From assembly GCA_018818185.1 (NCBI GenBank), contig JAHISL010000025.1:1-32400 (forward strand): DNA of 32,400 nucleotides, read 5' to 3'. Positions 1 to 9,394 of the stretch are shown here, piece after piece. Each line of letters starts with the position of its first letter. Position 1 is the stretch's first letter. This DNA comes from Patescibacteria group bacterium. Lineage in GTDB: Bacteria; Patescibacteriota; Microgenomatia; UBA12405. Position numbers and translations under genes: made by a program. The notes below the pieces were generated by a model, which did not search any database, was not told the origin of the DNA, and worked only from the letters and a program-made list of their open reading frames with translations.

Positions 1-492
1 CCTCTCGGCGAAGTTACCGAAACCAGTACCGGCCGCCGTCTTCAACGTTGCTCTAAAGGCTCCTGGAACGCCCAAACCCACAAAAACGAAGGTTGTGAAT
101 ACGTTAAATGGCTCGAAGTCGAACCTCAACAACTTGACGAAAAATGCCCCAAATGTGGCGCTGCCCTAATCCTCCAAGTCACCCGTTTTGGTAAAAAAAT
201 GAAAAAATGTTCCGCCGGCTCTTGGGATAAAGAAGCAAAAAAAGCCATCGGTTGCGACTACGTTGAGTGGATCAACGGCACCACCGAAAAACTCGACGAA
301 AAATGCCCCAAATGTGGTGAAAACCTAGTCCTCTATACCACCGCCAACGGTAAACGCATGAAAAAGTGCTCCACCTCTGGCTGGGATCGAGACGCAAAAA
401 AAGCCACTGGTTGCGACTACGTTCTCTGGTTAAAAGCTGGTGAAAACGTCAGTGACAACGGAGAAGAGTTTCTACCTCCAGAAGAAAAATAA
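1..492 (+). CDS. Protein with tandem topoisomerase-IA-type C4 zinc ribbons (5' truncated by window)
   Basis: Frame 1 is open from base 1. Three repeats of (CPKCG)-x-L-x6-GK(K/R)xxxCSxxxW-x7-GCxYVxW, the first only partly in the window. Confidence 0.8.
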   Translation, partial: PLGEVTETSTGRRLQRCSKGSWNAQTHKNEGCEYVKWLEVEPQQLDEKCPKCGAALILQVTRFGKKMKKCSAGSWDKEAKKAIGCDYVEWINGTTEKLDEKCPKCGENLVLYTTANGKRMKKCSTSGWDRDAKKATGCDYVLWLKAGENVSDNGEEFLPPEEK

Positions 493-494
493 AA

Positions 495-1313
495 ATGGTC
501 TTCCGAAATCCAAAATCTCTTTCCCAAAATTTCATTAAATATCCCTCTCTTGTTTCCGAGCTTTTAAATGCTTCTGACATCAAAAGAACTGACACCGTTT
601 TGGAGATTGGTCCCGGTCGCGGTGTCATTACCCAACAATTATTGAGACATGTTTCTCAAGTTATTGTAGTTGAAAAAGATCCTATCCTCGCAGGCAAATT
701 AATAGAATTGAACAAAAATTCACCTAAATTAAAAATTCTTCCAAAAAGTATTTTAGATTGCCCTCTCCCCACCACTCCATACAAAGTTTTTTCCAATATT
801 CCCTTTAGTCTTACCAGTAAAATTGTCTCAAGATTTCTTTCCTCCCCCACTCTTCCCGACTCCATGTATTTAATTATGCAGCGAGAGGCCGCCGAAAAAT
901 ATTTCGGATCCCCCGAAACTCAGAGCTCCTTGTTAGTTAAACCATGGTACGAAGTTGAAATCCTTGGCGACATCGACAGAAGTTCTTTCACTCGAAAACC
1001 CCAAGTTAGAATCGTCTTTGTAAAATTCAAAAAAAGACCCCTTGCCTTTATAAGGAACGAAGATAAAAAAGAATATCGACACTTTATCGCCTATGGTTTC
1101 AGTCAGTGGCAACCCACCTTTCTCGATGCCTATAAAGACATTTTTACCTACACTCAAAAAAAATCTCTCGAAAAAACTTTCAAACTTTCAAACCTTAAAC
1201 CCAGTCAGGTTTCCTTTGATAATTGGCTTCAAATCTTTAAAAGCTATCTCAAAATCGCTTCTGAATCCCAACGAGACATTATTCTCAACTTTAGGCCAAA
1301 AAAGACTTCCTAA
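495..1313 (+). CDS. rRNA adenine N6-methyltransferase, Erm/KsgA family (Erm-like)
   Basis: SQNFI, VLEIGPGRG (SAM motif I), VEKD, VFSNIPF, MQRE, F.P.P.V-like motif (FTRKPQV); Erm-like helical C-terminus. Confidence 0.85.
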   Translation: MVFRNPKSLSQNFIKYPSLVSELLNASDIKRTDTVLEIGPGRGVITQQLLRHVSQVIVVEKDPILAGKLIELNKNSPKLKILPKSILDCPLPTTPYKVFSNIPFSLTSKIVSRFLSSPTLPDSMYLIMQREAAEKYFGSPETQSSLLVKPWYEVEILGDIDRSSFTRKPQVRIVFVKFKKRPLAFIRNEDKKEYRHFIAYGFSQWQPTFLDAYKDIFTYTQKKSLEKTFKLSNLKPSQVSFDNWLQIFKSYLKIASESQRDIILNFRPKKTS

Positions 1314-1753
1314 TTTTCCTTTTCTCCACTTTTTATTGCCAAAACGTCTTTATGTAGTTTCTCCAATCTCTTCTCAATGTCCTTTATTGCTAAGACTATC
1401 TGATCATCCTCTTCGTCCTCTTCAATATAATCATCAGAAATTTCCTTAACATCAGTTCCCAAGTCTTCCACGTCCTCCTGGATATCGTCCACGTCCTCCT
1501 GAATATCATCAATATCCTTTTCCACCTCTTCCAGACTTTTTGTTGTTTTGTTAACCGTCATTTGAATAAAAATTGCCAAATAAATTGCCTCCAATGAAAG
1601 TGCCGTTGTCAGTATCAACAATATATTTTCCAAACTGTAGCCCCAAAATCGTAACCCAAAAATACCAATAAAAAGTATAGTGTGAACTAAAATTGATATC
1701 GGCCTTCCAATCCAATCAGTTAATTTTTCCGATATCTTTTCCAAAATATACAT
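1310..1753 (-). CDS. DUF1003-like membrane protein with acidic coiled-coil tail
   Basis: Two TM segments, LSLEAIYLAIFIQM motif, DDIQEDV repeats. GGAGG lies 8 nt before the ATG at 1753. Confidence 0.7.
   Translation of the reverse strand: MYILEKISEKLTDWIGRPISILVHTILFIGIFGLRFWGYSLENILLILTTALSLEAIYLAIFIQMTVNKTTKSLEEVEKDIDDIQEDVDDIQEDVEDLGTDVKEISDDYIEEDEEDDQIVLAIKDIEKRLEKLHKDVLAIKSGEKEN
1467..1508. repeat. 21-bp tandem repeat (2 copies) encoding a heptad
   Basis: tccacgtcctcctggatatcg / tccacgtcctcctgaatatca. Confidence 0.8.
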
Positions 1754-1858
1754 TTTAAAATCCTCCAGCAAACTTTGATAACAACCACTAGATAATACAC
1801 CATTTTAGGCAAAAAACCTAATTTTAAAAGGATAAAAAAATATACGATATAATTCACC

Positions 1859-2662
1859 ATGCAGGTGGAATTTCAAGAACTATACTTATCTCCCATAGAA
1901 AAAGAACTCCGTTTCAATCAATGGTGTCAACAAAATAATATAGAACTCTTTCTTTTTGATCTCGACGATACAATCTGTAGAACAAAAGAAAACTTCTGGG
2001 AACAACTCGATAAATTAGCTAAACTTCTGCACCAAAATTCCCCAAACACATCTATTGACGAGTGGAAAGCGATTGTAAACGAAACAAATAACAGATTTTA
2101 TCAAACTGAAGGTGTCAACCCTAAGCGAAGATTTTCAGTCATTACTGATTTAACCAATAGATTTTCTTTACCAGAAAATATTCAACAACAGTCCCTAAAT
2201 CTTCTCTCCCAAATATATACTACCCCTCTCCAATGGCTTCCAGGTGCCCAAGATGGATTAAACTTCGTTAGAGCCCACACCCCAATTGGTGTTGTTACCC
2301 ACGCCAATAGAGGCTGGACTTGGCAAAAATACCAATGGCTTGGTCTGGCTGAATATCTCCCCTGGGATCATGTCTATGTTGTCAATGAAAATGGTCAAAA
2401 AACCGCTGAATCATGGCAGCAATCTATAAAATATTTTGGACAAGAAGCCAAAAATTGTGCCATTGTTGGTGACAGCCCCAAATCCGACATCAACCCCACT
2501 CACACAATTGGGGTCAAACATCGTTTCTTTGTCCATAATGGACCTATCTGGACCACTCAACAACAAGAAGTTCCCTCAGACACTCACCACATCAACAATC
2601 TCCTTGAAATTTCCAATATTGGTCTAAATTCCCTTGCTTCCTTACCTGCAACCCGACATTAA
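1859..2662 (+). CDS. HAD-superfamily hydrolase
   Basis: FDLDDT (motif I), VVTH (II), K (III), VGDSPKSDI (IV). Confidence 0.85.
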   Translation: MQVEFQELYLSPIEKELRFNQWCQQNNIELFLFDLDDTICRTKENFWEQLDKLAKLLHQNSPNTSIDEWKAIVNETNNRFYQTEGVNPKRRFSVITDLTNRFSLPENIQQQSLNLLSQIYTTPLQWLPGAQDGLNFVRAHTPIGVVTHANRGWTWQKYQWLGLAEYLPWDHVYVVNENGQKTAESWQQSIKYFGQEAKNCAIVGDSPKSDINPTHTIGVKHRFFVHNGPIWTTQQQEVPSDTHHINNLLEISNIGLNSLASLPATRH

Positions 2663-2676
2663 AATTACCATCACCC

Positions 2677-3039
2677 TTATATTCTTACTTCCTCTGGAAC
2701 ACTCTCTTGATTTGGATCTCCATGTCGAACCATCATTTCAGTTCCACGCGGATCACCTTCAAGTTTTAAAACCATACTTTTACCGTCTTCAACAGAATAT
2801 CTCTTTGAAGAAAAATCTCTGCCCAAAAAAGTTATCTCTACCTCATCATTCAAACATGAGTGAGAAAGTGTTATTTGTGTCGAAACACCTCTAACTTGCG
2901 GTAATTTCACAACACAGGGCTTCATGCTCTCACCAAGTACCTCTCTTTTGAATTCCACCCGATCTGGTATCGTTCCCGATAATTTGCTTCTTAAAGAAAC
3001 TTTCCCATTTTCCGTTACCCTAATTATTGCCTCTGTCAT
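2677..3039 (-). CDS. Hypothetical protein
   Basis: 120-aa ORF with minus-strand codon bias; TATAAT upstream. Confidence 0.6.
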   Translation of the reverse strand: MTEAIIRVTENGKVSLRSKLSGTIPDRVEFKREVLGESMKPCVVKLPQVRGVSTQITLSHSCLNDEVEITFLGRDFSSKRYSVEDGKSMVLKLEGDPRGTEMMVRHGDPNQESVPEEVRI

Positions 3040-3070
3040 ATATCATACATTATAGCACATATTATCCATT

Positions 3071-4060
3071 TTAATTTCGGGATTTCACCGGCCAAGCAAA
3101 AACTGACCGCTTTCCCAGCAAATAATCCCCTGCCTCATTTTTATAATCAATTTGATAGTGATCCAGCAAAGCCCCAACCCAGCTTTCACCCACTTTTTCA
3201 GAAAAACGCCTGACTGACCTCTCATTAAAATCTGGTTCATTTTCATTTCCTTTTTTAAAATCAACTAAAAACGAATTCGCCATTCCTCCCGCAAGTTTCG
3301 AAACCCTACGAACCAACGGAACATAAGCCTCTACCCCCTTTTTCAACAAATATTCAACTATTTCCCCATTGCTCGCCACAGAAGCAACTCTATCCTCCGT
3401 ATAATAATGCTCATTATCCGCCCTAAAAGTCGGACCTCCATATTTGGCCGTTACAATTTCACCAAATGGCTTTCTTATATCCAACCTACGCCTACGACGA
3501 CCATCATACATTTCAGACCGCGCCAAAGTCTTCTCTCCTCGATACACTGTTTCTTCATGTAAAGTCAGCACGGCCCCTGCATAACCATCAATCAATTTTC
3601 CCAATCTCTCTCTATCAGATTTAACCATCTCGGACTTATAAAAAACAAAGGCAGGATGAGGCCTAACCAAAGATTCCATATTCTTTGGCACCACTACCAA
3701 AGCCGCCATTCTCCACTCTTTACCTAACCTAACCATTGGACTAAATTGCTTAATCACAAAACTCTCTCCCTTAATTCTCCTCTCCGACAATCCATTTTTA
3801 GTCAACACAGAATCTAAATGATACTCCTGGGTCAATTCTCCAGCACAATAAGCCCTCCACACTTCACTAATCTTAGAACCACCCCCCTCCGTTTTCATAC
3901 TCTTACCCTTTTCTCTCAACCAAACACCGTGCCCAGAACTTAACCTAGAAAAATTTGCACCATTAACCGAGTCCCACCTCAAATATTTTTCACCATCAGC
4001 AATCAGCTCAAAAGGGCTCTCTCTATGATTAATACTTCCAGCTTCAATTAATCTACTCAT
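3071..4060 (-). CDS. Hypothetical protein, probable distant paralogue of 21112-22395 and 22493-23719
   Basis: 329-aa ORF; shares GKxxxAxxxxxP and W-x11-Y-x7-L motifs; TATAAT 8 nt before ATG. Confidence 0.7.
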   Translation of the reverse strand: MSRLIEAGSINHRESPFELIADGEKYLRWDSVNGANFSRLSSGHGVWLREKGKSMKTEGGGSKISEVWRAYCAGELTQEYHLDSVLTKNGLSERRIKGESFVIKQFSPMVRLGKEWRMAALVVVPKNMESLVRPHPAFVFYKSEMVKSDRERLGKLIDGYAGAVLTLHEETVYRGEKTLARSEMYDGRRRRRLDIRKPFGEIVTAKYGGPTFRADNEHYYTEDRVASVASNGEIVEYLLKKGVEAYVPLVRRVSKLAGGMANSFLVDFKKGNENEPDFNERSVRRFSEKVGESWVGALLDHYQIDYKNEAGDYLLGKRSVFAWPVKSRN

Positions 4061-4106
4061 AATAATATATTATACAATATAACAACCCCAAATCAAAGCT
4101 AAAACT

Positions 4107-4298
4107 CTATTTTTCTTTTCCACGGTAACCTTCACTTCTTAAAGTTTTTTTTGAAATTCTCTCCCTACAATGCCCACAAAACACTTTTCCCTCTTTTTCT
4201 CTTGGATAAAATGTCTCTCCACAAAAATTACAAGTCATCTCACCAGGACTTTTCATAGGCCGCATTCCAGGTTTTCCGTACATAGCCTTTACACTCAT
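4107..4298 (-). CDS. Small zinc-ribbon protein (CxxC-x14-CxxC)
   Basis: CNFC...CGHC; start reassigned to the ATG at 4298, 6 nt after TATAAT. Confidence 0.65.
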   Translation of the reverse strand: MSVKAMYGKPGMRPMKSPGEMTCNFCGETFYPREKEGKVFCGHCRERISKKTLRSEGYRGKEK

Positions 4299-4304
4299 AG
4301 TTAT

Positions 4305-4333
4305 ATTATAGGTCTTTTTTCTCAAAAAGTCAA
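4305..4333 (-). promoter_or_regulatory. Sigma70-type promoter
   Basis: TTGACT-17 nt-TATAAT. Confidence 0.8.
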
Positions 4334-4516
4334 CTACCTTCCCTTTCCTTTTTTCGTCTTACCTTTTACTTTTACGGAAGCTTCACATAATGGACAAACA
4401 GAACTACCTTTTCTAATCATTGGCATAACAGGTGTATCACAATTATTACAAATAGTTGTGCTACGATCTCTATCTAATGGCCTTTCGCCTTTGCTAATTA
4501 AAATGTTTATACCCAT
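4334..4516 (-). CDS. Small zinc-ribbon protein (CxxC-x14-CxxC), paralogue of 4107-4298
   Basis: CNNC...CPLC; start reassigned to the ATG at 4516, 6 nt after TATAAT. Confidence 0.65.
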   Translation of the reverse strand: MGINILISKGERPLDRDRSTTICNNCDTPVMPMIRKGSSVCPLCEASVKVKGKTKKGKGR

Positions 4517-4522
4517 ATCGAT

Positions 4523-4551
4523 ATTATAAGATACTTTTCTCAAAAAGTCAA
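4523..4551 (-). promoter_or_regulatory. Sigma70-type promoter (duplicate of 4305-4333)
   Basis: TTGACT-17 nt-TATAAT; 20-bp exact repeat at 4317-4336 and 4535-4554. Confidence 0.8.
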
Positions 4552-4578
4552 CTATTTTGCGTTATAATTCACTAATCT

Positions 4579-5274
4579 ATGGCAAAACCAGAAACATGTA
4601 CTGGAAACCAAGTTGAAGTCACCGCCCAATATCTGGCCGGTAACATAAACAGGGATAACCTTGACCCCCTTCACCAAAAAATTCTCGACCAAAACATTTC
4701 TCAAATGCAAACCGATCCCAGATTTTCCCAACAGGTAACCGCCAAAAAAAACGAAATCTGTTTAAATAGTGGTCAAAAAATACCTCTCTTTCCCGACTTT
4801 GATCCAAGTCCAAAAAAAAGAATCCATCGAAAAAAGAAAACAAACATTGCCCTTCAACCCTCTCTCTGGACACCAGAACCATCTTCACCTCCGAAAACAA
4901 ATAGTTTTATCCCAGAAAACAAAATTGAAAAGGTTGGTAAAAACCTCGAAGGTCGCTATACACACGACAAAGATCCCCTGATTGGCCGCGATATTCAACA
5001 AAAAAAACTGACTCTTAGAAAAGAAATTGGCCTTCCTGTTGCTAGAAATACGGGAAAACTCTACAAATTCTTGGTAAGAATGGTCTACACCCAAGATATC
5101 TTTGGCATTTTTTCTCAATATGACAGAGTTATTGGCGATACCCCACTAGAGCTGTCCCAAGAAATCCAACAAGTAAAAGAATTAATTAATACCGTTCTCA
5201 ACGACGACGATCTTTCCCAAAACCAAAGATACGCCACCTTCAACCAATTTCTAAAAGACTACAGTTGTAAATAA
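4579..5274 (+). CDS. Hypothetical protein
   Basis: 231-aa ORF, + strand codon bias, TATAAT upstream. Confidence 0.65.
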   Translation: MAKPETCTGNQVEVTAQYLAGNINRDNLDPLHQKILDQNISQMQTDPRFSQQVTAKKNEICLNSGQKIPLFPDFDPSPKKRIHRKKKTNIALQPSLWTPEPSSPPKTNSFIPENKIEKVGKNLEGRYTHDKDPLIGRDIQQKKLTLRKEIGLPVARNTGKLYKFLVRMVYTQDIFGIFSQYDRVIGDTPLELSQEIQQVKELINTVLNDDDLSQNQRYATFNQFLKDYSCK

Positions 5275-5501
5275 CTTAGAAGCTCATACATCAATATTGC
5301 TGGCCAAAAAAAAGATTTTATTATTCCCATTATCACCATTCCAAAAGTAGCCGCACTTTGTAAAAAATAGAATAAAGCACCGACCACCCCCAGTCCATAA
5401 ATCGCCTCTGATTTGTCATGACATCTATGACTATGATGTCTCTTAAATATCATCCCTTCGCCACAGCACTCTTTTGTCTTTTTTTCTTTTTTCATACCCA
5501 A
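5259..5501 (-). CDS. Small membrane protein with His/Cys-rich N-terminus
   Basis: AIYGLGVVGALFYF...IIKSFFWPA two-helix pattern; start uncertain (TTG at 5501 or ATG at 5495). Confidence 0.7.
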   Translation of the reverse strand: MGMKKEKKTKECCGEGMIFKRHHSHRCHDKSEAIYGLGVVGALFYFLQSAATFGMVIMGIIKSFFWPAILMYELLSYLQL

Positions 5502-5560
5502 TAATAATACATTTTATTACTTTCGTATGCAACTCCGTCAAAAGAGTAGTGAAAACTATC

Positions 5561-7042
5561 TCAAGCAATCAGTAGTCCGACAATTCCAGCCAAAAGCACA
5601 TAAATAGCACATGGAATAAATACCCTTTTAATCACCTCTCTCTCCTCCCCTTTCAAATTAACAACCGTCAATGTCGGAAGAATATCAGCCAACGCAATCA
5701 TATTTCCCGCCGCAGCCCCAACCAATTCCAATGACAAAATAATGGCCGGATTAAAGCCAATAGCCTTACTAGTGTTTTCAAGAATATTTCCAAACATTAT
5801 ATTTGAAACTGTTGCCGACCCCGTCAAAAAACTACCAAAAGCACCAATAATCGGAGAAATAAAAGGTAAAAGCCCAGTTTTAAAATTATCAGCAATAATT
5901 TGTAAAAGAGAAAAGTAACCAGAAAGATTTTGACTAGAGTTGACCATCAATTGAACCATTATCGAAATAACTGCAATAACCAAAAACGGTTCAATTGCCT
6001 TTTTTAAAGATTCTCCAACAGTTCTAATTTCAAATTTTACATTTTTTCTAAATAAAAAAATTGTTGGAATAGTCGCCAATATAAAAGCAATTCCAGGATT
6101 AAAAAAACTAAAAGTGTGTCTATATCCAAAGTCAACCGTGTACCCCATATTGTTAAAAAATATTTTTCCAATTATCAGCAAAATTATTAGCAAAATATAT
6201 GGGGTTAAGGCTTTCAAAATATTCATTTTTTCCACAACTAACTGTTCTTTCCGAAGAACCCTCACCTGTTTTGGTATAAATATTTTTAGTTTAATAGCCA
6301 AAAAAACAAGTAAAAATCCAACAATCGAACCAATAATTGAAGGAAATTCCTGACCAAGAAAAACAAAAAAAACTGACGGGACAACAAAAGCGATTCCCGA
6401 AAAAATAGCAAAGGGCAAAGCTTCTAAAAAGTGTTTTCTTTTCTCAATTTGCTTAGAAGTTATCATCCACAACATGAAAACTGGCACCAAAAAACCAACC
6501 ATATTGATTAAAGCCGTATAAAGAGGCACATTGACAATGTTTATTCCAGAAAAACCGACACGAATTGGTGTTCCCGCGGCACCGAAAACAACTGAAGCAC
6601 TATTGCCCAACAAAGCCACGGACACAGCAGTAATAGGAGATAATCCAATCCCAATCAACAATGGGGCAACAATGGCTGAAGGGGCACCAAAACCCGCAGT
6701 TCCCTCAAGAAAGCTTTCCAAAAACCAGGCCAAAAGAATTACTTGGACACGATAATCTGGAGAAATTTTTTCTAAATATAAACAAAGCCCTTCAATTATC
6801 CTTGTTTTTCTTAATGTCTCTAAAAAAAATAATGCACCAAAAATAATCAGTAAAATATCAGCCGCCAAAAAAGTTCCCTTTAAAAATGAGGCCTCAATAA
6901 AACTAAATTTCATTTGCCATACAAACACAACCAAAACCAAAGTGCTAAACAGTGAAATTAATGATGCCCATAAAATTTTTAATTTTCCAAAAAAGACAAA
7001 AAGAACAAATATGATAAGTGGGAGAATCGAAAGAATCAACAT
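5561..7042 (-). CDS. L-lactate permease (LctP/LldP family)
   Basis: 493-aa polytopic protein; DYRVQVILLAW, FLEGTAGFGAP, FGAAGTP, GSFLTGSATVSN, GAAAGNMI motifs. Confidence 0.85.
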   Translation of the reverse strand: MLILSILPLIIFVLFVFFGKLKILWASLISLFSTLVLVVFVWQMKFSFIEASFLKGTFLAADILLIIFGALFFLETLRKTRIIEGLCLYLEKISPDYRVQVILLAWFLESFLEGTAGFGAPSAIVAPLLIGIGLSPITAVSVALLGNSASVVFGAAGTPIRVGFSGINIVNVPLYTALINMVGFLVPVFMLWMITSKQIEKRKHFLEALPFAIFSGIAFVVPSVFFVFLGQEFPSIIGSIVGFLLVFLAIKLKIFIPKQVRVLRKEQLVVEKMNILKALTPYILLIILLIIGKIFFNNMGYTVDFGYRHTFSFFNPGIAFILATIPTIFLFRKNVKFEIRTVGESLKKAIEPFLVIAVISIMVQLMVNSSQNLSGYFSLLQIIADNFKTGLLPFISPIIGAFGSFLTGSATVSNIMFGNILENTSKAIGFNPAIILSLELVGAAAGNMIALADILPTLTVVNLKGEEREVIKRVFIPCAIYVLLAGIVGLLIA

Positions 7043-7120
7043 TAAATTAATTCTAGCATTTACTCACTCACTGAAACGGTCTTAGAACTTATTATTTGAC
7101 AAAGCTATAATAAGTAAATT

Positions 7121-7339
7121 ATGAAAATATCGGTAATTGTCCATCCAAACTCAAGAAATCCAAGAATAGAAAAAGATTTAGTCGAAACATTGCATGTTTA
7201 CGTAAACCAACCACCACTAGAAGGAAAGGCAAATAAGGCAGTCATTAAATCATTGGTCAAATTCTTGAAAATTAAAAAATCGGAAATTGTTTTAATACGA
7301 GGAGAAAAATCAAAAAACAAGGTATTTGAAATTGGTTAA
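7121..7339 (+). CDS. DUF167/UPF0235 (YggU-like) protein
   Basis: PPLEGKANKAVI...GEKSKNKVFEI signature. Confidence 0.9.
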   Translation: MKISVIVHPNSRNPRIEKDLVETLHVYVNQPPLEGKANKAVIKSLVKFLKIKKSEIVLIRGEKSKNKVFEIG

Positions 7340-7528
7340 ATTACAAAAGTGTTCCCTCAATCACTTCGATATTCTTATGGATTCAAAACAATCTATTTTC
7401 TTTTAAAACCAATTACAACAACAGCCAAATCCGTATATTTCTTGTATTCCATCAAATAACTAGTAATTTTATCAGAACCTATTGTTAAATAAGGTTCATC
7501 ACTATTTAAATTAGCTACCAAAAAAAGA

Positions 7529-7882
7529 TTAATTTTTGACCAATTTTCGATTAAATTCATTCAACTCAGATGGGGTCATGCGTTTGACAATTTGATTTAC
7601 AGCCCAATAGTTAATCTTAGCATCAGACCACTCAGTCGAATTGGTGGCTAATCGAAAATGTTCAATTGCATGTTCGGGACGGGTTACAGCTACCGCGTTA
7701 TTATCACTATCATCACGCGATTGATAATATGGATTTTTATGGTGGACCTCAAGGGCAACCTGTCCACATTGGGGATGCTGTCTCCTGGCTTTATCTTTTT
7801 GTTGCCGGGAAAATGGTAAAGTTTCAAATTTTCCCTTTCTTGAGGGCGGCTCACCAATTTTTCGACTTTCTCTTGAAAACAT
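7529..7882 (-). CDS. HNH endonuclease-like protein
   Basis: LEVHHKNP-x9-N-x7-H-x3-H pattern. Confidence 0.7.
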   Translation of the reverse strand: MFSRESRKIGEPPSRKGKFETLPFSRQQKDKARRQHPQCGQVALEVHHKNPYYQSRDDSDNNAVAVTRPEHAIEHFRLATNSTEWSDAKINYWAVNQIVKRMTPSELNEFNRKLVKN

Positions 7883-7937
7883 AGGCGGTAATTAATAATT
7901 AACTTCCGCCTTGATGCCTCAGCAACGGACTAAAATA

Positions 7938-8135
7938 TCAACAATGGTCTGGGAAAATAGTTATATCCCCTTTAACATCATTGCCTTTGATGTGAATTTG
8001 GACTTTCATAGTTTTCCCGAGACTTAATATCAATGACTGATCATGCAACCAGTTCATAATTTTCTCTGAAACTAAATTACTGTTTACATTATTTGTTTGA
8101 ATATCCGATTTAATTGTTTGTTTCTGAAGAATCAT
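7938..8135 (-). CDS. Small hypothetical protein
   Basis: 65-aa ORF ending in a beta-rich KVQIHIKGNDVKGDITIF segment. Confidence 0.5.
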   Translation of the reverse strand: MILQKQTIKSDIQTNNVNSNLVSEKIMNWLHDQSLILSLGKTMKVQIHIKGNDVKGDITIFPDHC

Positions 8136-8303
8136 TATATATATTTATCTTATTTATATGTATAATTATCCCAAATATATATTTATGTAATATAAGCAGA
8201 TTACTATAAGATAGTAATTTATATATTGCATAACATATTGGACAGTTACGTATTAACTGTTATTTATGGAGAAATACGGAGAGACAAATAGAAGTATAGA
8301 AAT

Positions 8304-9269
8304 ATGGAAAAAAGAAACATTCAAAAAACAGGTGGGTCAAGTTTTTCTTTAACCCTACCGAAAACATGGATTGTAAATAACTGCCTTGAAAACGGAGGTG
8401 AAGTAGAGATTTATACCCGCAATCAAAAACAGTTAATAATTCAGCCACCGAAATTAGTCCATAGTCAATCAGCGATTCTTGCCATAGAAAATCTACCTGA
8501 CTCACATATCTACCGAGAATTAATTGGTCTATATATTTCCGGTGTTGATGAAATAAATGTAACAGCTAAATTTATTTCCTATGAACAAAAATCACTAGTT
8601 AGATTGATATGCTCAAAATTAATCGGATTTGAGTTGTTTGAAGAGTCTTCCAACAGAATATTACTAAAAAATGTTGCCAGTCCAACAATCACGTCAAAAG
8701 AGTATTTAAATAAAATGCATCAAATTATTCGATCAATGTTCGATGATATGGTCAAGGCTGTGGATAATTTCGACCGAAATTTAGCCAAAGACATTATCGG
8801 TCGTGATATTGAAATTGACAGGATTCATTTGATGATTTTTCGACAGTTTAATTCAATATTAACAACCATGGTTTCAGAAAATTCAACCGATATATCAGTA
8901 ATAAAACTACATTACTATGAATTAGTAGGCTTACGACTGGAGAGGCTGGCTGACCACATTGTTAAAATAGCAATCATGGTTTCAAAGCTAAAGGATAAAC
9001 AAAAAATTGTGCTTAATAAATTTGAACACGCGTATTTGACCAAAACATCTATATATCTCGATACGCTACCCTCTATAATATTCAATCTCGACAAACAAGC
9101 CGCACACGAAATACTGGATATATTTGACAGCAGAAAGGACAATGATTTCATCTATCGAAAAATTGAAAATGTCTTCAGTATTAATATCTTGATTCGGGAA
9201 AGTGTTGAAAGAATTCGAAGTTATGTTTCAAACATCGCCGAAGAAACATTGAATTTTTTCGATAGTTAA
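8304..9269 (+). CDS. Phosphate uptake regulator, AbrB-PhoU fusion (archaeal-type architecture)
   Basis: RNIQKTGGSSFSLTLPKTW (AbrB); RDIEIDR, LERLADH and VERIRSYVSNIAE (PhoU repeats). Confidence 0.85.
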   Translation: MEKRNIQKTGGSSFSLTLPKTWIVNNCLENGGEVEIYTRNQKQLIIQPPKLVHSQSAILAIENLPDSHIYRELIGLYISGVDEINVTAKFISYEQKSLVRLICSKLIGFELFEESSNRILLKNVASPTITSKEYLNKMHQIIRSMFDDMVKAVDNFDRNLAKDIIGRDIEIDRIHLMIFRQFNSILTTMVSENSTDISVIKLHYYELVGLRLERLADHIVKIAIMVSKLKDKQKIVLNKFEHAYLTKTSIYLDTLPSIIFNLDKQAAHEILDIFDSRKDNDFIYRKIENVFSINILIRESVERIRSYVSNIAEETLNFFDS

Positions 9270-9394
9270 ATACTAGTTAACAGCCTTAAACAGCTTTGTC
9301 ATAACTGCCAGTAAAAAATAATGTGGTGTTGTAATTGTACAAATTTTCTTAAACTCAGCTCGAAAAGTGGAACAGATTTGGAACTAATTTAAAT

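Noticed and set aside
9270-9394. A further att-like remnant (GCTCGAAAAGTGGAAC)
   Set aside because: Only GCTC matches; no similarity to the tRNA end and no dyad.
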